In this document: positions 30,001-42,000 of the stretch, in pieces | How the letters are laid out: each line of letters opens with the position of its first letter | Numbering within the stretch: the first letter of the stretch is position 1 | NCBI RefSeq assembly: GCF_964355755.1 | Contig: NC_092671.1 | Span: 36,404,304-36,468,303 of the forward strand | Direction: 5' to 3' | DNA: 64,000 bases | DNA from: Antedon mediterranea | Lineage: Eukaryota; Animalia; Echinodermata | Translations under genes and position numbers: made by a program | The notes under the pieces: generated by a model | What the model saw: only the letters and a program-made list of their open reading frames with translations | The model's database searches: none | Told to the model about the DNA's origin: nothing

Positions 30001-33000
30001 ACTGAGTGAAGTACCATGTATCATGTTCATACATTGACATGATACATTTTCTTTTTTTTATTTGTGAAGTTATTAATGAATCGATTTTCTTGAATTTCAG
30101 TATGCATGTTCTGTAAGTATATACCTATCTATACCAGAATCTTCAGAATTATAACTTGAAAATTGTAGGCGCTATCGTGCTAACAAACAAAGCAAGTACT
30201 TTACTAAAATTATATTTTTATATTTTTTAAGTAAAAAGATAAATACTTTGGTGCACAAAGCATTTTATATGTAAAAAAACTTTTTCTTATCTATTTAAAA
30301 AAAAAATCCCACCCATGCAATCTGTCTCTCTACTTTTTTAAAGCCATGATTTGAGTGAATTTATTTTTTTTTTCAAATAAAGGATTTTTCATATAACATA
30401 ATATGCAAAATACTATTTAAACATGGTTTATAAGAATTGCCATTACAATACATCACCTGTGTTTATATATGTTTGATATTGAGCCTTTGTAGCACTGGTT
30501 CCTGAAGGCATTGTCACCTAAAAATAAATACAATTCGTTGTAAGCATGTTTTACTAACACACATACTATTCTTAACTTAATGGTATAATTTTCTTTAGCA
30601 GAGAACGTCATTTTAAGGTCATTTGTTTTATGTGAACACAAGTTGTGTGCACCTATCACTATACGCAAAGTATACATGTGTACAATATAATAGGTTGAGT
30701 TTCAACCAATGTAGGCAAAAGTGTTCGATGCAAAGCAGGGCAGAAATATAGTTATAACTTGAACATTTTAATGCACTACATGCTGTTTCATTAGGAGTAC
30801 ATCAATCATGTGCTTGGCTCTGAATGTCACATAAAACAAGGTTACATAAAAGGTAGCAGGCAAGCAGTTTTATGTTATGTAATTAGTAGTTGCAATATAC
30901 AGTTCTATTGTTATTTAAAGATGTATTGTCCCTTGAAACAAAAAAAAAATGAAGGTCAAAATATTCTAAATTTAAAGTGGCCATATCAAAGTAATATTAA
31001 AGTTATTCACTTTAAGTTGAAAATTTGAGCCAAAAGCAACAAATTTACGTAATTAACAGGTAAATTAGTTTGATTACATTTCATCTGGAAAATCGTCACG
31101 AGCGAAAGTAAACAAAGATTTCAAACCATGAGTACGCATTATGCATATGCTAAATTAGGATTGTTTGCAACTCGTCACGGTTAAGAAGGTATTTTCACAC
31201 AGATCATGAGGAAGTTTTATGATTATGCATACAGAGTATCCAACCAAGCGCGTTTCATTATGGGATATTTTTTGATTGAAAACTTTGACTGGAAGTCAAA
31301 GTTATTTTTTTAACAAAAAAACGTCTGTATTTCAGTTAAATTTTTTTTTTTTCGAAAAATTTTTGGTGATAGTTAATAGCTATTATGATACTTCGAAATG
31401 ACCCATCTTTTTTCGAAATCTTTTATTTTTTATTTTTTTGGAATTAGTCAAAGGGACAATACATCTTTAAATTACTGATAACTTAAAAGGAACTTCTTTC
31501 TATCATGTGTGATGTATTTTACAATAGAATTAATGTAGCTTGTTCAACCATACCTCCCTGGTTCAACATACCACTGAGATCATCATTCAGGTTCCATATC
31601 TCATTATGCTAGCATAAGTGTATCTTTTATCATAATCTTTTATAAACAATTCCTCATTGTAAACCTTTTAAAAAAAATATTTTAAGTGCGTTGTCTGAAA
31701 CCATAATGCATACAATAAGCAAGCCTTAAAAATTGTGTATTCTTCAATAAAGATTTTACTGTATTAATCTATTTTAAACATCTTAATATAATAAACATTA
31801 TGTTCCACTCTGATTCGTTGAGAGTCATATGAAATGAACTCCTGTTTTATTTTAAAAGAAATGATAACAGGCCTTGCATTTTGTGGCTTTTTGCCAATTG
31901 ATGTTTAGTTTAGATATAATATGGGTAAGTTTGTTTAGTATTGTTATCTAAAATTGTTGAAATATCTTGGAAAATACAATTTTTAAAACATGGAGGTATA
32001 AAAATAAAAAAATATATAATATATTTGTATACCTCCATGATTTAAAACTTGCATGCAGTTTGTGTGAGTTATGTTTGCAAACTTGTTTTCTATCCTAGCC
32101 TAGGGACCTGTGTGGCTATTTATTTTACAATGACAGACAATCATGACCTGCACTGGCTGGGGAAAAAATGTGACACTCCAACGTACAACTTATAGCCTAG
32201 TCTGATCCAAGCCTCCTCCTCCTACTACTACTACTACTAGGCCTAGGCTAGGCTATGCCTACTACTACTACTAGTACTGTACTACTACTACTAGCTTGGC
32301 CTAGGATGTATAGGCTAGTCTAGGGCTAGCGAGGTCTAGAAACGTGATGTTTATAATGTATTTTAGCCTAAAATACATTATAAACATCACGTTTCTAGAC
32401 CTCGCTAGCTCTACTATTACTAAATACAATTATCATAATTCTTAAAGCAATTTCCACATCACCAAAATCATCGTTTCATAATAATCAAAACCAATGTTAT
32501 TTTGATGCTTGGCAAAAATCATGGAGTAATACTAATACTCCATGGCAAAAATACACATTTTCTCTCCTCGTGGGTAGTGTCGTCTGCTTTCAATTTTTAA
32601 AGGTCCCGCATCTGAGAAATGAGGGCAGCATTTATAACTACAGTTCAGAGCCATGTATGACTCTGCTACAGTTTGATTGTCTCTTCTTTCATCGTCATGA
32701 TGATCTTTATTTCGTTTGGTTTGTTTTCCTTTTTTAAATTAAGGCAAATAATGGTCCATACCTCTGGATTTTGGCACTTGTTGTCAATTCGTAGGTTTTT
32801 AATTTGTGGTTCTCGTCCCTCTAAATAAATGACACCTGGCCCTCCTGATTCAGCTCCATTGGCACCTCCTCCACCACCTTAAAAGACCGTAAATAAATTA
32901 ATTAATTCTCAAAGTATTTAATTTATAAGAGTTTGCTGGGGCTCATGTGTAGATTTAAGAAAGACCCAGTCGGGACTCCACCCCTAATCAGGAGACATCC

Positions 33001-36000
33001 GCTATTAAAGAGACTTTTTCCCATCATGTGAATATTTTGTAACAGAGCCCTATTCAGAGGACACTCCTGTTAAGATATATTTTAAGGTTTCTAAATACAA
33101 TTTCAGAAATAGGAAGAGTAAGGCATACCGTTAAATGTTGCTTGACCGCTGTTGAAATTACTAGATCTGTAAAACACCGACATTCTACCGCCTGATCCTC
33201 CGCCAGCATAGTTATTGCCATCACCGCCAATACCATAAATATGCCCTGTTCCATACAAACTATCGCATTCTACCCAAAGACCACCCGCACTTCCTCCGCC
33301 ATCATTAGTAGAAGACTGAAACAGATTCGGAATATGTAAATTGTTTTATTAAATATCAGTTAGTGAACTACAACAGGCATACCTCTATGAGATCTAATAG
33401 ATATAATAAAATCTGTTATACGGCAAAGATGACGGATGTTTGGCCACTTCTGTGTGCGAATGGGGCTTTAGTTACCTCCACAAATTCAGATCTTTCAACT
33501 GAAAGAATAGAAATGCAAACTGTCACCCATATAAGGGCTATAACTTACACCGTCTTCCCCATTAAGGTGTATTTGACCATTTAATGTAAATGTTGTGTTG
33601 ATATTCATCTGAATCCTTCCGCCTCCACGTCCTCCATTTCCGGATCCAGACCCTCCTCCACTCCCCCATTCTGGAATTCTATAGATGTTACCATAAGGAA
33701 GATGTTCTGCTAGCGTTTTATGACTGGAATAACCTCCTCTTCCACCTCGTCCACCATGACTGGCACCAGAAGCACCATTAGAATAAGACACGCCTTTTCC
33801 TAAAAGAGTATAATACATAAAATTGTACTAAAAAGCATGGTTCTTCTGTTGTGTTCAAAAGCTTTCCGAAGCACGTATTGAATTGAATTGACAAGATCAT
33901 TAGGCCTAATATTTTTTTTTGTCATTTGGTATGTTTGGGCTTGGGCTTCAATGAACACCCGATAAATCTCATTTTCCCCGGCGTGTCCAATAGCAGATTG
34001 TACTGTAGACACTGTTACTGTAGGCCTACTACTGTATACTCTGAGGTTAGTACAAGAACAATGCTATCAACGAATAAATGAATTAACTTACTGTGACCTC
34101 CATCTATTCATAAAATCTATATACTTATTTTATTTATTTTGTTTTAACATTCATATTAAGAGTGGAAAAATAAACGAAAAGAAAGAAAAAGCACATTGAT
34201 GGCATTTAAACAAACTGGAGAGCTTGTAAAATAGAACATAGAACCTACCTGGACCACTGTCACTTGCGTAACCACCACCAGATACATCAATTTGACCATT
34301 AGTGCCGACATTAAGAGAATTACAATCGATTACAAGAGATCCCGCCTTGAGGAATTTATCAACAGTAATCGTTGTCACGTAAACGACAGATTCATCGCAA
34401 CCACTTCCTTCGATTGGAGAACCTTTGAAGTCTAGGTCCAGTGTTCCTGTCGTAGAGATCAGTAGCTTTATGCAAATGAGAGATGCGTTGATGTTCATTG
34501 GAGTATATGTCTCCATTAGACCATGTACTGTCAAATAATCTATATAATAGACGTCTTTAGGCTCCAATTTGAATGTTCCAGAAACACCAATAGTAACATC
34601 TTCCCATCCAGCACCGACTTTAAGTAAACCTCCATAAAGATCTCCATTAACAGTAAGATGAATTAGCTTGAAGGTCGAACCCTTAGAGCTTGACCATTCA
34701 CGTGACGAGTGATCGCTTAATAAAGAATCTAGTGTCATAGTTCCAGAGACTGTGATATTGTCTGTCAAATCTTCCGAACGACCTATGACCTCAACTTGAT
34801 GAAATATATCGAGTGTTCCAATAACAACAAGAATATCGACTCTCACTTCTGTACTGGCATCAAATGAAAACGATCCGCTTACTTTAACTTCGTAAGACGT
34901 CAAAGATAGTTCCTTTGCTTTACAATCACCACCAATATTTAAATAATCAATTGAAAATATTGAAAATGTCAAATTGGTTAGAGATGTGTTAGCATAACTT
35001 CCGACATCCAGATGCAGTGATCCACCATGTCCAATAGTGAAGGTATCTGTGAATGGTTGATCTCTTCCACGAATAACTACAGGATTGAGTATCCGAACTT
35101 CACCACCGATATCGGCATCGTTTAGACGCAGCTGTGATGGATCGTATAGCTGGAACTTAAAACTACCTGTTGAAGACATTTCCAGTTTTAACCAGCCAAT
35201 ACCAACGTCTAAACCACCCGGTAAAAATATGCCATTGACAATGACGTTATCTGCATTAAGCTCAGAATAGCTACCACGCCAGACTTGCCATCCACCTGAT
35301 GTTGTATCCAAATAAACTGCACTTCCTGATCCAATCTCTAAGCGTCCAACTCTTTCATTTATATTTCCGCGAATAATTATCGTGTTCGATGTTCTGAACA
35401 CGGTAGAGTTCAGAATAAACATTGCGTCACAGAGAAAGTCATCAGCTGATTCAAAATCCAAGAGGCCATTTTGTGACATATATAAAGAATTCCAGCCATT
35501 TCCTTCTAATTGATTTGTCATCCTTCCTGCTAGAAACTGTCCATTAATTGTCACATCTCTTAGGGCAATTGTAGATGTATTTGTCCAGTTGCTATGCGCC
35601 CTATTACTCTCGTCTATCTTTAGAACTCCGTAAGGCTCGATTATGAACGAATCAACACGAATATCTGTTTTCCCGCGTAAATGTAGTGTCTCGTTTACTA
35701 TTACCTCTCCATTGATTCTCACGTGATTTATTTTAAATGTAGCTACAAAAAAAACATAGCATTAACAATCATCTTGGAGACAACATTATAACTCCTTTTA
35801 ATTTTCATTTTTATTAGCCGCTTGACAGTCTTTTGGATTTTGAACTGTTTTCTTTCTTTTTTTTGTGAAAAATGAAATGAAATAAAAATGAAATGATAAT
35901 AACCCCATACTTATTTTTCGGAGAACGAGAACGTGAAATTTAACAAAAGTTGTGCTACTTGTTATAAGATAGGAAGTCATGTAGCACTACTTGGTATTAC

Positions 36001-39000
36001 TACACGATATTTGTTTGCTGTCACTTCCCACAAGAACGCAACGCAATGACGTAAGTCACAACGCAAGAAAATTGGCCAATCAAAAGAGATGGATTATTCG
36101 CTGTCGTTTGTGATTTGTCAATTCACTTGGCTTACGTCCTTGCGTTGTGTCCTAGTGGAAACCAATCTTTAGACCACTCGAGATTTTATTATCCGTTAAC
36201 AATATTTATCAGCACTGGAGTAGATGTTATACTTAAATCGATAGTTCTAAAAGGCCAAACTGTATAAAGTAAACATACTGTACAAGCTATGCATGTTTAT
36301 TCCATGATAAAACTAATGTATTAATGCTAATTGCATCGGTGTTATCGTGTGACAGTGTATTACAAAGATAATCACTATGGTAGGCTTAGTCATATCATAT
36401 AAAGTCAACGACTGGTCATGTAGACGATTAAATCGTGAACGCCGCCTGTCATTGATTTCTCGTGACGAATTTGTCAATATGCATTTTAGATACATACATT
36501 TTAAAAGTTCGTTCCCGTTTGGACAAAGCGCAAGGACGTAGGCGCAACGGAAGTGAGTTGACCACCAAGACGCGATGAACCATCGCTTCTGTGGTTCGTT
36601 ACCGTAACTCACTTGTTTGCGCCTTATACGTCTTAGTCACGTCCAAGCTTTACGCGTACCGAGTACAGTAGTAGTTGCGCAATCGGTCGTAATATTTAAC
36701 CCACAAAATGCTGTCAGTTAATAACGACCCTCCACAAAGTACAATTTAAAATACGTCCAGGGAGGGAGTTATCATAAGAAATATTATAATAATTTTCCTC
36801 GGTCATACAGTCAGGAAAGATGGCTTGGAGAACCTATCATTAACTGGAAAGATAGAAGGAAAGAGGAGCAGGGATAGAAGACGAGTAATTTATTTATTTT
36901 ATTTATTTATAAACTTATTTTACATGGATGACATTTTCATTAAAAATAATGTTCTTACAAATGGTCCATGATAAAAAGAAATGTATGCATAATAGTGAAT
37001 AGTTACAAAACATTTTGTTGTTGTTTTAGATTATAGAAAGATATACAAGAACAATTACATTTTAAATACAGATACAGAATTAATAATAATAAACAGTTAA
37101 GTAAGTACTGTGGATGACAAGTGTAATTGAGTGAATAACAGAAAAGGTGTAAAACATCAAGGAGTGGACCTGTTAACGAAAGCGATAAGCAGAAAATTGA
37201 GGCAGAACATGATCGCCTACGTCCGCAGATATGGCACCAGGAGAGAGAGAGAGAATAATTTTCCAGATAAAATATTTACAAAATATGTGTACTCACCAAA
37301 CCCATCCAAGCTACCCACTTTCACTGTAGACCTGGATTTGGTTGAAACTGATCGGCATATGAATTCATTTGCTAAAATAAACTCCATACGTGCATTATCA
37401 CCGACTTCTAACGTATTCCAGCTATCATTGTTCAATTGATTGTCCATGGTAGCAGCAAGAAATATACCGTTGATATTTACTTCATATATTCCGATCGTTG
37501 AGACACTGGGAAGATCTGACTGCATTGAATCTTCAGTTTCTGTTAAGTTTCTACCACTATCAAATACAACACGAGATTCAACACCAGTCGTAAACGATTG
37601 AATTAAGGACTGAGATCGGCCAGCTAATGTAATATGTGTTAAGCTATCAAAGATTCCATCAATCTTCACTTCGTCGAATCTGAATGTGTCGTTCGGTTGA
37701 AAGATAAAAGAGCCACCACCTTGGAATTTTGTCCATCCGATTCCTATGTCAATCCGACCAGATTGAAAAATACCATCAACTGTGACTTCTTCTGCCAACA
37801 TTTGTGACGTCATTGTGTCATCTCTCCATTGACGCTTTACTGACTGATATACGTTATCTAACAAAAGTCTACCAGTATCACCAATAACAACCATCTGAAT
37901 CAACTGATTGCTTTTACCATTGAAAGTCAAAACGTGGTCGAAGATGAGGTAGCCGTTTATTTCAAGTTCATCGGTAATAAAATTCCCACTGAATTGTTCT
38001 ATCTTCGCGTACCCATGTTCTCCTACGGCAAATTTTCTAATACCACGTCCGTTTTGAAACGGTTCAGTAGCAATGAATTGTCCGTTTATGAAGACTTCAT
38101 CACAAGATAGAATAGTTTCTAATCCTAACCACGTGACTGATCCACCTTCGTTTATCGTAAACTCAGAACATGATATGTTAATTGAGTTTCTAGAAATCAT
38201 GCTGCCATCGATGGTGATGTTTGTATCTAAAAAGTTCACGTCGTCAACTGTTAAGTTAAGAGTGCCGGCAGACGTTATGGTCATATTACTGATGTCATAA
38301 ATACTGACCAGACCTAAATCGCAGTCACCATTAACAACTAGCGTTTGTGTCTGTATTGTGTTCGTCAAAAGAAGAGAATCTCGAGAAAGAACATCCGTAT
38401 TGAAAACAGCATCTACCAATTGTATGTATCGGGCAGTAATGTTGGCAGTACACCCGACTCGTAGTTTTGAATTAACTTCCATCAATAGATCACCGGTAGC
38501 ATCTGTCATGACGAGGGTATATCCACACGTATTCGTAGTATCTAATAAAACCGACGCATCAGAATTTATTGTCAGGGATTTCAGTGAAAGAGTCAAATAA
38601 TCTTCTGCACCAGAGAGAGCAAACATCTGAAGAACCGTGTCTGGGTTACCTCCAATTATCATCTCGGAATCTGGAGTAGTAGTTAATGTACCAGCTACAT
38701 ACAGCGACCTATCAAAGGTGTAGTCAGCATCTTGGAGATTTAGGGTGGCATGGTCATAAACATAGGCTGTACAGCTAAGACCGACAAGAAGAGTGACATC
38801 GGAACCAATGTGAAGATAGCTGGATGGTTGACCATTGATGCTGGACACTGTTATGGCTTCGCTGAGAACAAGATGATCACTGTTACTGATACTAATGTTG
38901 CTGAGAGTCATCGGTAAAGTAGATTTCACCCACGCTGCAGCACCTGATGTTATAATTTTAAAATATAAATTATTTATTGATCTTTCTAAATGTTATTACA

Positions 39001-42000
39001 TAATATTTTGTCAATGTTGTGAATCTCTACTCATTTTTCAGAAATATATATTGGGACATTTAAAATATTGGAACTGATTTAATAATATTGTTATCATACC
39101 AGATTCTTCATAGAGAAACTCGGAACAATCAGTTGTCATTTTTATCTAAGAAATGAAAATAATGCCATTATAAGAATAAGATATTAACAAGTTACAGTAT
39201 AACATAATACAGTACAGTAGAGTACTTATTTTCAGTACAGTACAGTACAGTACAGTACAGTACTTATTTTCAGTCAGTAAAATGTTATCACAGTACCTTT
39301 AGAGGAACACTTTTTGTGAAATGAACTGAGAGGAAATAATGTTCTAACCAGAGAGACATACCTCCCTGTTGTAACACTAAAGAATATATTCAGGGGACAC
39401 ATTGAAAAGGTAAAGAGTCCAAAAGTTGTCCTCTTAAGATTGGTTCCCACTAAGACGTAAATAAACCAATCGAAAGCGAGAGTTCGAATAATACATAGTG
39501 TTTGATTGGTCGATTCGATTGCGTTGCGGCTAAAATGCACAGTGTAAAATGTGTAAGTGTAAAATAAACTTCGGCATTTTTATTCTGAATATATCATTAT
39601 TTACCTTTGGAAATTGTCCTTTATTATCGATAATCAAATGAGAAGAACTGCTAGAAGTGTCTTCGATATAAACTGTTCCAGGTCCACCCGGTTCAGGTGC
39701 TGAAAAAAAGTTTATATCAACAATTTTTCAAGATAACTTAATTTCAAGATAACAGTACTGACATAGACTATGATTAACGACTTAGGATTTGGTCAAGTGG
39801 GTGATACGCTTTTTATAGACAGAAAGTGTTGTTAAACGATTTGTGAAATTTAACGATAATGGCCGGCCAACAAATATTTATTATGTTGAAAAACAAATAT
39901 TACACCATACTTTCTGCCCAAAATGTAGTTCATCTTGATTAACTAGTCAAATGGCGTCATATCACCTACAGAACAAGTATGTCAACTAATATTTACTTAC
40001 ATGGATTCGTTCCTTCCTGACATGAATTAATTGAGGTGGCTGAAATAAAAGTTTCAATGACATCAATTAGTAATTACAATGACAGCTTAATGCAACGGTA
40101 ATCTTGGTTCGCACTTGTAGGCACAACGCAAGCGATCGACGCGCTACGATGTCCTTGAGTTACGTCAAAGTGCAAGCGATCGACGCGCTATGAAGTCTTT
40201 GAGTTACGTCAAAGTGCAAGCGATCGAAGCGCTACGGCGTTCTTGAGTTACGTGAAAGTTCAAGCGATCGACGCGCTATGATGTCCTTGAGTTGCGTGAA
40301 AGTTCAAGCGATCGACGCGCTATGATGTCCTTGAGTTACGTCAAAGTTCAAGCGATCGACGCGCTATGATGTCCTTGAGTTGCGTGAAAGTTCAAGCGAT
40401 CGACGCGCTATGATGTCCTTGAGTTACGTCAAAGTTCAAGCGATCGACGCGCTATGATGTCCTTGAGTTACGTCAAAGTTCAAGCGATCGACGTGCTACG
40501 ATGTCCTTGAGTTACGTCAAAGTGCAAGCAATCGACGCGCTACGATGTCCTTGAGTTACGTCAAAGTGCAAGCGATCGACGCGCTACGACACCCTGAGTT
40601 ACGTCAAAGTGCAAGCGATCGAAGCGCTATGATGTCCTTGAGTTACGTGAAAGTTCAAGCGATCGACGCGCTATGATGTCCTTGAGTTACGTGAAAGTTC
40701 AGGCGATCGACGCGCTATGATGTCCTTGAGTTACGTCAAAGTGCAAGCAATCGACGCGCTATGATGTCCTTGAGTTACGTGAAAGTTCAAGCGATCGACG
40801 CGCTATGATGTCCTTGAGTTACGTGAAAGTTTAAGCGATCGACGCGCTGCGTAAAAGTGTGAACCACATGCGTTTTATTACCTGTAATAACTTCATGTCC
40901 TGCAGGTAAATTTAGCTCATGTGTATATAGTACAGGCTATATGTGATATTTATCCTATGTAACCTTGAAAAAATTCTAATAAAAGGTCTTTTGGTATTTT
41001 CTTGTAGCTTTAGGTGTGAATAAATACCAAAAAATTTTTGCAGCCTTCTAGTTGCTGCGTTAGTGAGATATTGAGGGTCAAAGGTCAGTGACCTTTTTGT
41101 GGCATTTGATGGCTCATAACTCCTCAATTCCTGGGTTTAAAAAGACAACTGTGGTGTCTACATCTATGTTTTAGTGGTCAAACAACAAAATAAAGTTTGT
41201 GCAAATTTCGGGTTACTTGTGCCATTGGTCAGATTGTCGGGTCAAAGGTCATTGACCTTTATTCATTAATAACTACTACTAGTTTAGGACCTGGGTAAGA
41301 TTTGTATGCATTCAATTTAGGAGAGAATATCTCAACTGTTATAGGATAATTAGACCCCAAGGAACAACATGGGATGTGTACCAAATTCGTTATCGAAAAT
41401 ACATATTTATGTTCAGTCGAACACAACGTTTACCCCAAAAAATGACCGGAAATGCTTTTACTGACCTTTGACCAAACTTACTTACTTAATCTCATCCCAC
41501 TATTAAGTGGGTGCCATGATAATTTGTCTCCACACATCTCTATCAAGCATGCTCTTTCTCAGTTCACTCAGGTCTAGTTTGGTATCTTTCAACAGAATGT
41601 AGAGCGAAGTCAGTTGAGGTCTTCCCACTTTCCTTTTCTCTTCTGGTTCCCAAAGGAGAACTCTTGAGGCAGACTCAGAGCTTCTCATAACATGACCGGC
41701 AAGGCCCATGCGACGTCTTTGAATGATGGTCGTAAGACGGGGAAGGTTGGCATATAGTGTCTTGTTGGTGGCGTGTGAGGACCATGGGATGTTTTGGACT
41801 TTCCTCAGCATGCGGGTGTATGCTCCATCCAATGATTTTGAGAGCGATGAAGTAAGACTCCATGTCTCACAGCCGTAAAGAAGAATGGCTTCAACTGTTG
41901 ACTTAAAGAGGCGGATTTTTGTGGACTTGTTGATACGAGATGCCCATATTTTTGAAAGACTGTTCAGCGCACCCCATGCTTGACCAAGTCTTGCTTCGAC

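Noticed and set aside
40129-40848. CRISPR-like regular repeat
   Set aside because: Units are directly adjacent with no unique spacers, there are no cas genes, and the context is a eukaryotic intron.
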